DNA of 32,000 nucleotides from an uncultured delta proteobacterium (GTDB lineage Bacteria > Desulfobacterota > Syntrophorhabdia > Syntrophorhabdales > WCHB1-27): NCBI GenBank assembly GCA_963816715.1, contig CAWFMJ010000027.1, positions 43,173 to 75,172 of the forward strand, written 5' to 3'. How positions within the stretch are numbered: position 1 is the stretch's first letter; each line of letters begins with the position of its first letter. Under the pieces are notes generated by a model. The model ran no database searches. It had not been told where the DNA came from and saw only the letters and a list, made by a program, of their open reading frames with translations. This document shows, piece by piece, positions 8,248 through 17,558 of this stretch. The position numbers were made by a program, and so were the translations under genes.

Positions 8248-10857
8248 TCAGGTTGGATTTGACGCGTCATTTTCCCATCGCTCCCACATCCCCCATAGCG
8301 CCGTCTCGAGATGGCGGGCAAAGCGTGGGGCGTCGAAGAGAGGGGAGGCGAGAACCCGGGCGCGCATCGATGACCTCAGCTCGGCCAAACGAGTCAGGTC
8401 ATCGATGCAGGAAACGGCTTTCCTCACATACTCCTCGTCGCTGTCCGCTATCCATTCCGAAAGTCCCGCATTGTGGGCGATGCTTTCGCCTAGGTGCGAA
8501 AGAAAGCGGTCCCCCCGCCGAACAACGGCAGGAATTCCCATCCACAGCCCTTCGACGCTCGTGGTCCCGCCGGGATAGGGAAAGGGACTCAGGATGACGT
8601 CAACGCGATGGTAGGCTTCGAGCATCTGCGGCCGCAGCGAGTAACCTTCGAGGAGAAGCCGGTCGACGGAGACGCCGCAGGCTGCAAAGCGCTCGACCAG
8701 GGCGTCGCGGACGGTGAAATCGTTAAGCTGTTTGGCCTTCAGAAAGAGCCGCGAACGGGGCGTCGCCTCGAGAATCTTCGCCCACAGCGAGATAAGTGGG
8801 GCGTTGATCTTGGCGAGGTTGTTGAAGCTGCCGAAGGTGAAGACACCCGAAGAAAGCGCAGGCAGCGGTCCGACATCAGGAGAAACATCGGGCGGGGCGA
8901 AGCAAAGGTACGTTTCCGGCAAACGCCATACTGCCTCCGTGAAATGGCCCTCTTCTCCGGGGGGCGTCACCCGGGGATCGCCGAGAATGTAGTCCATCGC
9001 CGCAAGGCCCGTAGAGGCGAAGTAGCCGGGCCAGGTCGCCTGGACGGGCGCCGGTCTTCGGACAAACAAAGGCAATCTGTTCTTGGCGGTGTGGCCGGAG
9101 CAGTCGAGGAGCAGATGGACGCCGTCCGCGTGGATCGTCCCCGCAGCCTCTTTATCGTTCAAGCCGCCGAGCAATTTCCAGGAGGAGAAATACGGTTTTA
9201 TGCGGGCGGTCAGCTCATCCTCCAGCGGGTCGACGGGATAGGCGATCAGTTCCATGCGCGACCGGTCAATCTCGGCGAGAGCCCTTTCAAGGATGTAGCC
9301 GACGGGATGACTGTGGAAGTCTCCCGAGACGAGTCCCACACGGAGGCGTTTCGGCCGTCGGGCGCACAGCCAGGAGGAAAAAGGCGTCGTTTTCTTCCCC
9401 GCAACCTCTCCGTACCTTCTCGCTTCATTCAAATACTCCCGAGGCGGTAGGTCCGGAACGTAGCCCAGGGCGAACAGCAGATTGCTGCGACAGTCGAGGT
9501 AATCCGGCTTGATGGAGAGAGCGCGGCGGTAGCTGGCCACCGCTTCATCGAACCGGCCCTGTTCCCTGAGCGCATTGCCCAGATTGCTGTGGGCCCCGGC
9601 AAAATCCGGCTTGATGGAGAGAGCTTGCCGGTAGCAGCTTTCGGCCTCGGACAAACGACCCTGGTCCCAGAGGTCGACGCCCAGATTGTTGTACGTTCCG
9701 GCGGAATCGGGTTTGATGGAGAGGACGCGGCGATGGCACGCTTCGGCTTCGGGCAAGCGACCGCAGCTCCATAAGATGACCCCCAGGCTGTTGAGCGCTT
9801 CGACGTATTCCGGTTTGACGGCAAGAGCGCGGCGAAGGCAGGCCTCGGCTTCGACCGGCCGGCCGCGTTCCATGAAAAGGCTTCCCAGATTGTTGTACGC
9901 CTCGGCGAAATCCGGCTTAATCGAAAGGGCCTGCGTCAAAGAGGCTGCGGCCTCGGATAAACGGCCTTGACCGCGAAGAACCACGCCCAGGTTGTTATAT
10001 GCTTCAGCATAGTCCGGCTTGATCGAAAGCGCCTGCCGGTAATAGCCTTCCGCTTCCGGCGCACGGCCTTGCCTTTGAAGAACCATGCCGAGGTTCGTCA
10101 GTGTTTCGACATGATCCGGTTTGATCAAAAGAAACCGGCGGCAAACCTCTTCCGCCTCCACGAGTCGTCCCTGGTCGCGGAGGACGATTCCTAAATTGCT
10201 GAACGCTTCGATGTATTCCGGCTGAAGCAAAAGCGCTCGGCGCAGACATGCTTCGGCTTCGGACAACTGACCCCGGTCTCGCAGAACAACGCTCAGGTTG
10301 TTGTACGCTTCCCCGAAATCAGGCCTGATCGCAACCGCGCGGCTCAGGCAGGCCTCGGCCTCCGTGAGACGGCCGAGATCCCGGAGGATGACGCCGAGGT
10401 TGTTGTGCGCCTGGGCATAATCGGGCTTGATCGAGAGTGCCTGACGTTGACAGGCCTCTGCTTCCGTCAGGCGGCCTAAATCCCGCAACAGACTCCCCAA
10501 GTTGCTGTGCGCTTCAGCATAATCAGGCCTGATCGCGACGGCTTCACGATAGCAGCTTTCCGCTTCCGCACGACGGCCCTGCTCCCTCAACGCGTTGCCC
10601 AAATTGTTCCGCGCTTCCGGCGAGTCCGGTCTGATGGCGAGAGCCCGGCGAAAGCAGGCCTCGGCCTCGGCGAACCGGTGTTGGTTCCGCAAAACGACAG
10701 CCAAGTCGTTGCACGCCTCGAAACAATCCGGATCGATGTCGAGGAGTTGACGTAAACCCGCTTCAGCCTGAGAAAACCGGCTGGTTCTCCCGGAAACGTC
10801 TTGGGAGTCGTGCTTCGTCCCGTCGGGCGCCTGCTTCTCCAAATGCCGCTGTTTCAT
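8248..10857 (-). CDS. TPR-repeat protein with C-terminal SPINDLY/O-GlcNAc-transferase-like (GT41) domain
   Basis: 869 aa. About 13 consecutive 34-aa TPR units (consensus AEACxRRALSIKPDxAEAxNNLGxxLRDxGRL). The C-terminal ~400 aa resemble GT41 (VGLVSGDFHSHPVG, FGSFNNLAKI, DTFPYPGGTT-like SPFPYPGGTTS). Confidence 0.85.
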   Translation of the reverse strand: MKQRHLEKQAPDGTKHDSQDVSGRTSRFSQAEAGLRQLLDIDPDCFEACNDLAVVLRNQHRFAEAEACFRRALAIRPDSPEARNNLGNALREQGRRAEAESCYREAVAIRPDYAEAHSNLGSLLRDLGRLTEAEACQRQALSIKPDYAQAHNNLGVILRDLGRLTEAEACLSRAVAIRPDFGEAYNNLSVVLRDRGQLSEAEACLRRALLLQPEYIEAFSNLGIVLRDQGRLVEAEEVCRRFLLIKPDHVETLTNLGMVLQRQGRAPEAEGYYRQALSIKPDYAEAYNNLGVVLRGQGRLSEAAASLTQALSIKPDFAEAYNNLGSLFMERGRPVEAEACLRRALAVKPEYVEALNSLGVILWSCGRLPEAEACHRRVLSIKPDSAGTYNNLGVDLWDQGRLSEAESCYRQALSIKPDFAGAHSNLGNALREQGRFDEAVASYRRALSIKPDYLDCRSNLLFALGYVPDLPPREYLNEARRYGEVAGKKTTPFSSWLCARRPKRLRVGLVSGDFHSHPVGYILERALAEIDRSRMELIAYPVDPLEDELTARIKPYFSSWKLLGGLNDKEAAGTIHADGVHLLLDCSGHTAKNRLPLFVRRPAPVQATWPGYFASTGLAAMDYILGDPRVTPPGEEGHFTEAVWRLPETYLCFAPPDVSPDVGPLPALSSGVFTFGSFNNLAKINAPLISLWAKILEATPRSRLFLKAKQLNDFTVRDALVERFAACGVSVDRLLLEGYSLRPQMLEAYHRVDVILSPFPYPGGTTSVEGLWMGIPAVVRRGDRFLSHLGESIAHNAGLSEWIADSDEEYVRKAVSCIDDLTRLAELRSSMRARVLASPLFDAPRFARHLETALWGMWERWENDASNPT
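9440..10780 (-). repeat. Intragenic 102-nt periodicity from about 13 TPR units
   Basis: The recurring KPD/RPD-x-AEA-x-NNLG codon blocks are seen 13 times in the translation. Confidence 0.8.
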
Positions 10858-11323
10858 TCGGCCTGCCGAATTGGAGAGGGTGATGTGGAACTGGACCTTA
10901 TCGTCGTAACAAAGTCTCTCGAGGGACTGCGCCAGGGGGGGTCCCCATGAAGTCCTGGGCGTTGCCCCTGGCGGCCGATACTATCTCAATGTTTTCCGTA
11001 CCGCACACTGCCTTCATCCTCGCCGGTCCGACAGTCTTGCTGACGGAAAACCGCCCTTGCTGCTGTCGTCGCCGAGTGGCCCTCTCGGCTTACCAAACCG
11101 GCGTTCCCTCTGCCGTTCATTATCGGAGAAATCTCACGGGATTACAACAACTATTTTCACAGCTATTTTCATAAAACCCGCTTTCGTTTGTTGATAAAGC
11201 GGCGTAACGTTGTGTAATTCATCGAACAATTGCAAGAATTGTGGGATGTCGTTTCGCCGTTCACGCTTTTCCCGATTTGTGCGATAATAGGGAGCGTCAA
11301 ATTACCCGCGAAGGCAATCGGCA

Positions 11324-12157
11324 GTGAAAATAGGGTTCCATATCCCCATCGGAAAAGGCTTTGCCCATGCCCATCGGGAGGCAATGCATCTTGGCTGCGA
11401 GGCAGTCCAGATATTCCTGAAGAATCCCCGGTCATGGTCCGAAAAATCGTGGAGAGACGGAGACCGCGAAGTCTTCGGCCGCCTCTTCCGGGACATTCCG
11501 GCGGTCGCCCACCTCACTTACCTGCCCAACATCGCGCGCTCAGATGAAGAGCCGAAGAACCTCGCCGGCTTTTTGCATGAGGCGAAGCTTTGTGCCGAGC
11601 TGGGGATAAAAAGCGTGGTGGTCCACTGCGGGTCGAGACAGGACGTTGAAAAAGGCCTCGACGTGGCGGCGGGGAGCGTGGAGCAGGTTCTGGCCGCATA
11701 TCCCGTTTCCGTGCTTTTGGAAAATGCGGCCGGCCAGGGCAACGCCCTGGGGAAAACGCTGCGGGAGCTGACGGCATTGCGGGAGCGCGCGGGCAATCCG
11801 GAGCGGGTCGGCTTTTGTCTCGACACGGCCCATCTGTTCGCAGCAGGCTACGACGTCAGGAAGCCTGCGACATGGGACGAGATCGTGGGCGAGTTGGAAG
11901 AACGATCGGGTCCCGGCTGCATCCGGTTCTTTCACCTCAACGATTCGAAAACCGCGCTTGGGAGCCTGGTGGACAGGCACTGGCATATCGGCAAGGGGGA
12001 GATCGGCGACGAGTGCTTCCGTTTTCTCGTGAACGACAAAAGGTTTGCCCACCTTGGGGGCGTCATGGAAACCCCAAAGGTGGGCAAAATGGACGAAGAA
12101 AATATGAGAAAGATGAGGTCCCTACTTTCTCCGCTGGTGCCTCGTCCTTCTTCTTAG
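11324..12157 (+). CDS. nfo: Deoxyribonuclease IV (endonuclease IV, AP endonuclease family 2)
   Basis: GTG start. Blocks match E. coli Nfo: VLLENAAGQGNALG, FCLDTAHLFAAGYD, FHLNDSKTALGSLVDRHWHIGKGEIG, METP. Confidence 0.9.
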   Translation: MKIGFHIPIGKGFAHAHREAMHLGCEAVQIFLKNPRSWSEKSWRDGDREVFGRLFRDIPAVAHLTYLPNIARSDEEPKNLAGFLHEAKLCAELGIKSVVVHCGSRQDVEKGLDVAAGSVEQVLAAYPVSVLLENAAGQGNALGKTLRELTALRERAGNPERVGFCLDTAHLFAAGYDVRKPATWDEIVGELEERSGPGCIRFFHLNDSKTALGSLVDRHWHIGKGEIGDECFRFLVNDKRFAHLGGVMETPKVGKMDEENMRKMRSLLSPLVPRPSS

Positions 12158-12372
12158 CTTCCGGTACTTATGCTTCCGCATTTTCTTCTTTCTCCACTTT
12201 ACGACGCTGCCCATCCTTCACCTCATTATTTGAATGGAAAAATGACCCTTAAATACGATTGGGAGTCACGGACTCCTATAACATACCGTTCATCCGCCTT
12301 TTTTTCAAGAAGATAATGAATATACCCTCTTCGCAACGCCTCTCAGGCCTCCTCCTCAGCGACAAACAAGCG

Positions 12373-13227
12373 CTAAATGGATAGCGAAGAGAACAGGTCC
12401 AGGACGGCCCTGTTCCAGCCCGCCGGCCCGACGCCCGTCGCCTCGGCGAACCCCCTGCCTTCCAGGCGAGGGTCGTAAGTTCCGTCGGGTCTTCGAACGA
12501 CGATGGGATAGTCGACGCTCTCCAGCATGGAAAGATCGTTCGGACCGTCGCCCAGGGCGGCAAAAACGACCCTCTCGCCGGCGCTCGCTTTCTCGAAGAG
12601 GTCTTTGAAGACGGCGACCGCCCTTCCCTTGTTGTTGTCGCTCATGAGGTGGGATAAGACCCTGCCCTCGGACACGGCAAAGCCCATCTCTTCAATGGCC
12701 CTCACAATCTCTTTTCGGCGGTCCGCGTCCTTTTCCATGAGGAACGGCTCATCGAATTCCCGTTCTTTCGCCATCACTGCCTCGTTGAGCGGAAGAGCCG
12801 TCAGCCCGGCAACCTCCTCCGCCGACATATCGCCGAAACCGGTGACGGCGAAGCCCCGTGAGCGCAACGAGAGAATCACTTCCCGAAGCCGCCCATAGGG
12901 CGCGCCGAGGCTGATGACCTCGAACCGGCATGCCAAGGAGGCATCCGATGAAAACCGACCGCCCGAAGCGTCGAAATACCCTTTCGGCACAAAGACGCCC
13001 CCGCCGTTCTCGGAAGAGAAGGGATCGTCGTTGCGGAGCTTTTTCCTGTAGTAGCCTATTTCACGACGGGTTTTGCTCGAGCAGATCACGCAGGGAACCC
13101 GCGCTCGGGCCACCCGGTCGAGGGCAGGCAGCGCCGCCTCAAAAGAATAAGCTCCGTCAAGCAGAGTACCGTCAAGGTCGGTGAAGATGACGAGGGGCAT
13201 CAGGAATAAGAATAAGGCAGCCCACAT
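12373..13227 (-). CDS. HAD-IIB hydrolase, mannosyl-/glucosyl-3-phosphoglycerate phosphatase family (YedP/MpgP-like)
   Basis: Motif I FTDLDGTLL, CSSKT, GDGPNDLSML, C-terminal GPAGWNRAV, all parallel to E. coli YedP. The start is ambiguous (ATG 13227 or ATG 13200) and neither has a clear SD. Confidence 0.8.
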   Translation of the reverse strand: MWAALFLFLMPLVIFTDLDGTLLDGAYSFEAALPALDRVARARVPCVICSSKTRREIGYYRKKLRNDDPFSSENGGGVFVPKGYFDASGGRFSSDASLACRFEVISLGAPYGRLREVILSLRSRGFAVTGFGDMSAEEVAGLTALPLNEAVMAKEREFDEPFLMEKDADRRKEIVRAIEEMGFAVSEGRVLSHLMSDNNKGRAVAVFKDLFEKASAGERVVFAALGDGPNDLSMLESVDYPIVVRRPDGTYDPRLEGRGFAEATGVGPAGWNRAVLDLFSSLSI

Positions 13228-13309
13228 CAGCGAGCAAGGTTAAAGGCTGCTGAAAAACACCTTCAACGTGGTGCGATCCGGTGAGACGAAGACCTCTTTT
13301 CCCTCCGGG

Positions 13310-13337
13310 TTGACAACAATTTGTGCGGACCTATGTT
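13310..13337 (+). promoter_or_regulatory. Putative sigma70 promoter for the BON-domain gene
   Basis: TTGACA (13310-13315), 16-nt spacer, TATGTT (13332-13337), about 70 nt upstream of the GTG start. Confidence 0.35.
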
Positions 13338-13409
13338 ATTACAAGTGAAGAAGGGCTTTCCCTGGTGGTTGCCCTTGCAGGGTGGCAAAGGCGATAAAAG
13401 GAGGAAATC

Positions 13410-14441
13410 GTGGCAAGAGAAACAATCGGGGATGAAGGGAAGAGAGTGAGTCCGGCCGAGACGGCTCTGGCCGGCCGCATCGGTAGCGAGCCCGAGGCCC
13501 GGGAGGCGGTGGGGCCGTTCAAAGGCGTCGGGCCGAAGGGCTACGCGCGCAGCGACGCCGGGATACGGGATGAGGTTTCCGAGCGACTCATGGAGAACGG
13601 CAACATTGATGCAAGCGACATCGAGGTGAGTGTCCTGAATGCAGATGTTATCCTGACGGGCAGCGTAAGGACTGATGACGAGAGGCGCTCCGCCGAGAGG
13701 ATGGCTTTGCTGGTCCGCGGCGTCCAAAACGTGACGAATAGGCTCCAGGTAAAGCGAGACCGGGCGGCCGGAGAAACCGCGGCAACAGCGCCGGCCGGGG
13801 CAACGCCGGCCGGGGCAGTGGGACAACCGGAACGGCGAGGCCGGGCGGAAGGAACGCGGAAGGTGGGGAGGGCAAATATCGCGGTCTTCGGTATTTACCG
13901 GGACCGGTCGGCGGCGGAAGGAGCAGTCGAAGCCCTCAAGACAGCCGGCTTCCGCAACACGGACCTATCGATCCTCTTTTCGGAAAACGCCGGGACAAAG
14001 GACTTTGCCTTCGACAAGGCGACGAAGGCGCCCGAAGGAGTGGTTGTCGGCGCGGGATCGGGAATAGTCGTCGGCGGTATCCTCGGCTGGCTCGCAAGTA
14101 TCGGCCTCCTTGCCGTGCCCGGCATAGGGCCTTTCCTGGCAGCGGGACCTATCGTTTCGGTTCTGGCGGGAATGGGCCTGGCTGGCACGGTCGGCGGCAT
14201 TGCCGGAGCCCTCGCCGGCATGGGCATGCCCGAATACGAGGCAAAGAGATATGAAGGGCGGGTAAAGAGAGGACACGTGCTGATCTCGGTCCACGCGGAC
14301 GATAGGATATGGGCCGACAGGGCGGAAAAGGTCCTCGACCGTACGGGTGGCGAGGACATCTCCAGGACTGGCGAGAAATCGGCCGACTTCGGGGCCACGA
14401 ACAAGCCGCTGCCGAGGGGGGAAGAGTACCGAGAGGACTAA
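13410..14441 (+). CDS. BON-domain protein with C-terminal glycine-zipper membrane segment (stress-protein-like)
   Basis: GTG start with AAGGAGG SD. BON-like DIEVSVLNADVILTGSVRTDDERRSAERMALLVRGVQNVTNRLQV. Gly-rich hydrophobic stretch GVVVGAGSGIVVGGILGWLASIGLLAVPGIGPFLAAGPIVSVLAGMGLAGTVGGIAGALAGMG. Confidence 0.75.
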   Translation: MARETIGDEGKRVSPAETALAGRIGSEPEAREAVGPFKGVGPKGYARSDAGIRDEVSERLMENGNIDASDIEVSVLNADVILTGSVRTDDERRSAERMALLVRGVQNVTNRLQVKRDRAAGETAATAPAGATPAGAVGQPERRGRAEGTRKVGRANIAVFGIYRDRSAAEGAVEALKTAGFRNTDLSILFSENAGTKDFAFDKATKAPEGVVVGAGSGIVVGGILGWLASIGLLAVPGIGPFLAAGPIVSVLAGMGLAGTVGGIAGALAGMGMPEYEAKRYEGRVKRGHVLISVHADDRIWADRAEKVLDRTGGEDISRTGEKSADFGATNKPLPRGEEYRED

Positions 14442-14506
14442 AGGCAGCCTGAGTCGCCAGACCCTGCGGGTCATCGATTGCGAACTGCCGCTCCCGAGTC
14501 TCTCGC

Positions 14507-15388
14507 CTATTTTTTGCTTCCCTCCGTTCCTCCCGATTGGCGGCCCATCTTGCTCAAGTCCAGAAATGGGACGGCGCCGCCGGAGACTTGGGGCAAGGCG
14601 CCGTTCCATTTCTCTATGCCTTTGTACTGCACGAGGATGGGGCTGATCGAGTGCGACAGGGCATCATTGGCCTTCGCCTGCCCCTGGGCTACCACGAGAA
14701 TTGATTCGGCCTCGCCTTTTGCCGTGGCAACCTTTTGCTGGGCCTCGACATCGCGCTGGGCCAGGACCTGTTTCTGGGTTTCCACCTGCTGTTGGGCCAC
14801 CTGTTTGGCCTCGATAGCGCCTTCATATTCGGGAGAGAAACGGATGCTGGCAAAGTAAATGTCGTCGACGATGATGTGGTATCTCGACAGGTTATCCCCT
14901 AATTTTGTCATCGCCCTTCTCCGGATCTCCTCCCTCTTGGGAAGAATCTCCCCGATCGGGTAGGTCGGCACTACTTCCTTGACGAAGTCGTTGAAGGCCG
15001 GGTCGATCACCTTGTCCGCGAAGTCGAGTCCGACTTTCTGGTAAAGATCGTTGACATACGACGGATCGATGTGAAAGTTCATCATTCCCGTCATTTTCAC
15101 CATCTGGTACTCTTTGGAAGAGGCATCGATTTCCTTGAAGGGATGCGGCTGCACCTTTACATCGACCTTGATGACGCTTTCGGCAAGGGGCGTTTTGAAG
15201 TTGAGGCCCTCTCCCATGATCCTCCTCTCTACGCTCCCCCACAAAAGCACCACGCCCCTGTGGCCGGCCGGAACGATCACAAACGTACCCCAAGCAATGA
15301 TCAGGATGATGAGGACCACAACCAGCATTCCAATAGTGCGCAGGTTCGGGAATCTGAATTCAGCGACATCTTCGTCTTTTTCCGGCAT
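14507..15388 (-). CDS. SPFH/band-7 (prohibitin family) membrane protein
   Basis: N-terminal TM helix (IGMLVVVLIILIIAWGTFVIV) followed by PAGHRGVVLLWG...NFKTPL and an Ala/Gln-rich coiled C-terminus. I prefer the ATG at 15388 (AAGGAGA SD 7 nt upstream) over the ORF-track start at 15430. Confidence 0.85.
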   Translation of the reverse strand: MPEKDEDVAEFRFPNLRTIGMLVVVLIILIIAWGTFVIVPAGHRGVVLLWGSVERRIMGEGLNFKTPLAESVIKVDVKVQPHPFKEIDASSKEYQMVKMTGMMNFHIDPSYVNDLYQKVGLDFADKVIDPAFNDFVKEVVPTYPIGEILPKREEIRRRAMTKLGDNLSRYHIIVDDIYFASIRFSPEYEGAIEAKQVAQQQVETQKQVLAQRDVEAQQKVATAKGEAESILVVAQGQAKANDALSHSISPILVQYKGIEKWNGALPQVSGGAVPFLDLSKMGRQSGGTEGSKK

Positions 15389-15726
15389 CGTTCGTTCTCC
15401 TTGTCGGGCATCCTGCCCGAAATGACGCAACTGCCTCAGAGCTAAAAAGCCGGGCTTCCCAAAGGGCTATCCTTAGGCATCTCGGCCCTCTTCTCAGAGG
15501 GTTTGCCCTTTTCTGACTCACCGTTCACCCTGAGTCTATCAAATACGGCGCCCTTGTCAAGCATCTCATTAAAGTCATTCGGGTATAAATGCCTTGACGG
15601 CGGTAGAGTCTTCGTGGGGCGCGCCAGGCAAGCCTACCGACACAGCGCATGGATTCTGAACAACAGAAGGTGCTACAATGAAGCGGTCTGGCTTCATTGG
15701 CCTTCCCGAAACCCGCGGAGGAGTTT

Positions 15727-16824
15727 TTGACACGACGCAGTTTTATGATGAACCTGCTCGCCTGGGCCAAAATGATCGCTTTGGCGGGTCTTTTCCCAGG
15801 CGCCTTTCTCCGGGTTGTCCGCGCGTCGGAGAGGTCGGAGCCAGTCAGCGCCGGGGCCGAAGGTCTGAGTCTCCGGGAGATCGCGCGACAGAAGATTCAT
15901 CATGGGCACGGCCGTTTCAAGAACCCCTTCGGCAAAACCGCCTCCGGGAGCCCTTGGGAACTGATAAAGTGGAAAGTTCTTTCGGTGAATCGGTTCAAGT
16001 CTCAATACGTTCAAGAGCGCGTTTCACCCGTTTCTCCGGATTGGAAAGCCATCGACGGCAACAGGGGACTCTCCGCGACGTTTCTCAAACACGCCGGCGT
16101 CCTGATCAAGGACCTGGACGACCACATCCTGGTCGATCCCATCTTCTGGAGCGTCTCACGGTACGTCAAGGACTTCACGCCCCTTGCCTTCGACGTCAAG
16201 AAACTGCCCGCGCCGCAGCACATCCTCGTGACCCATGGTCACTACGATCACCTGGACGTTCCGACCCTTTCTTCCTTCAGGAAAGACACCCACGTGATAA
16301 CGCCCCTTGGATACGATGGCGTCTTTGGCAGCCTTGGAATGAACCGACGCACCCGGCTCGACTGGTTCGATTCTTTTAAAGAGGATGGACGGGAAATCAT
16401 GCTGCTTCCGTGCAACCACTGGACCATGAGAAACCCGCTGGAAGGGCCTAACCGGTCTCTCTGGGGATCATACCTGATAAAGACCGCTGCCGGCCCCACG
16501 ATCTATGTCTCCGGCGACACGGCCTGCTTTCATGGGTTTTACGAAATCGGAAAGGAATTCGCCATAGATCTGGCGATCATCAATCTGGGAGCCTATGAGC
16601 CCCGTTGGATGATGGCTGCTCATCACATGAATCCGGCCGAGACGGTGAGGGCTTTCAAAGAACTAGGCGCCAAGAGACTCATGATTGTTCATTGGGGGAC
16701 ATTTCGCCTTGGGGACGAACCCGTCTATCTGCCGCCGATCGAGCTACAACGGGAACTAAAAAAAGAAGGCCTTTTGTCCCGCTTCGTGTCGCTCGAACAC
16801 GGAAGAACCCTCTTTCTGAAGTGA
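15727..16824 (+). CDS. Tat-exported MBL-fold hydrolase (NAPE-PLD / Zn-dependent hydrolase-like)
   Basis: HILVTHGHYDHLD motif. The ORF is open from 15697 (TTG). I prefer the TTG at 15727 because GGAGGAG at 15717-15723 precedes it. That start gives MTRRSFMMNLLAWAKMIALAGLFPGAFLRVVRA, a twin-arginine signal. Confidence 0.8.
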   Translation: MTRRSFMMNLLAWAKMIALAGLFPGAFLRVVRASERSEPVSAGAEGLSLREIARQKIHHGHGRFKNPFGKTASGSPWELIKWKVLSVNRFKSQYVQERVSPVSPDWKAIDGNRGLSATFLKHAGVLIKDLDDHILVDPIFWSVSRYVKDFTPLAFDVKKLPAPQHILVTHGHYDHLDVPTLSSFRKDTHVITPLGYDGVFGSLGMNRRTRLDWFDSFKEDGREIMLLPCNHWTMRNPLEGPNRSLWGSYLIKTAAGPTIYVSGDTACFHGFYEIGKEFAIDLAIINLGAYEPRWMMAAHHMNPAETVRAFKELGAKRLMIVHWGTFRLGDEPVYLPPIELQRELKKEGLLSRFVSLEHGRTLFLK

Positions 16825-16919
16825 CGCTTCGCCGGTCGGCATCGTCGTCGCGCACCGTTGGGCCTCCCGGTCTTTCGATTCTCCTTAGTCGCAGCCCGGA
16901 CCTTTTTGCGCCATTTGGC

Positions 16920-16960
16920 TTGTTTTTTGCAAAATTTAGTGCTATAGTACTGTATACAGT
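16920..16960 (+). promoter_or_regulatory. Putative extended -10 sigma70 promoter followed directly by a 12-bp perfect palindrome
   Basis: TTGTTT (16920-16925), 17-nt spacer ending in TGc, TATAGT (16943-16948), then ACTGTATACAGT (16949-16960). A second GTATAC lies at 16965-16970. Confidence 0.4.
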
Positions 16961-17216
16961 TAGCGTATACGAGAAAGAGCATCGCCGTCGTCGATTTGCG
17001 CATAGGAAGCGGGCCGTCTTCGAGTAAAAACCTGTTGATTTTCTGATTCCCCCTCGCTCAGTCAAAGCTCCGTTTTCCGTTACCATTCGCGACTCGACAC
17101 TGTCTTTCAAAGCGATATTGCAGCCGGATGGACGCACAACCAACGGAGCGCGAAATCGCCGCTTTGGGGGCCGGCGCCGTGAGGTCGATGACGGCCAGGA
17201 AAGGGAGGAACCTTCT

Positions 17217-17393
17217 ATGGCAGAGAAGCTTGGCATCAAAAGAACGCTCCTCAAAAAAGACGTCGAAGAGTTACAGGAAGAACTGGACATCGCAACGGCG
17301 TTCGGGGAAGCTGAGAACGTGAGAAAATTCAGGATTCGACTTCTCTATCTCGGCGTAAAAGGTCGCGTTGACGCGAAAACGCTGGTCAAATAA
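17217..17393 (+). CDS. Small hypothetical protein (58 aa), predicted helical
   Basis: ATG at 17217 preceded by AAGGGAGGAA (17201-17210). Peptide MAEKLGIKRTLLKKDVEELQEELDIATAFGEAENVRKFRIRLLYLGVKGRVDAKTLVK. No family recognised. Confidence 0.45.
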   Translation: MAEKLGIKRTLLKKDVEELQEELDIATAFGEAENVRKFRIRLLYLGVKGRVDAKTLVK

Positions 17394-17558
17394 GTCAGTC
17401 GAAACTTACAATTCAAGGCTCCTTTTCGAGGCGCTCGATACCCGGGCGACACTCAGACGCTTTTTCCGGGACGCGCGAGGGTACCCGCTACCCGAGCAAA
17501 AACTGGAAGCCTGATTCATCCCGGGGGCGATGGCTGCTGCCTTCAGGGTGTGTTACGA

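Noticed and set aside
9440-10780. Regular ~102-nt periodic repeats that could be mistaken for a CRISPR or tandem-repeat array
   Set aside because: The periodicity is in-frame and encodes 13 TPR units of one long ORF. There are no identical direct repeats with unique spacers.
12158-12372. Possible terminator or small gene between nfo and the HAD phosphatase
   Set aside because: Only a 6-bp hairpin (GGAGTC-ACG-GACTCC) and scattered T runs are present. There is a direct, not inverted, gcttccg repeat and no ORF with a start context.
16949-16960. ACTGTATACAGT palindrome as a LexA/SOS box
   Set aside because: The classical gammaproteobacterial box is CTGT-N8-ACAG, whereas here the half-sites are only 2 nt apart. 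I keep it as a generic operator candidate, not a LexA site.
16679-17290. 203-aa minus-strand ORF across the 16.8-17.2 kb non-coding stretch
   Set aside because: It overlaps the 3' end of the MBL gene and the SD-led small ORF. The translation is Ser/Arg-rich with no start context.
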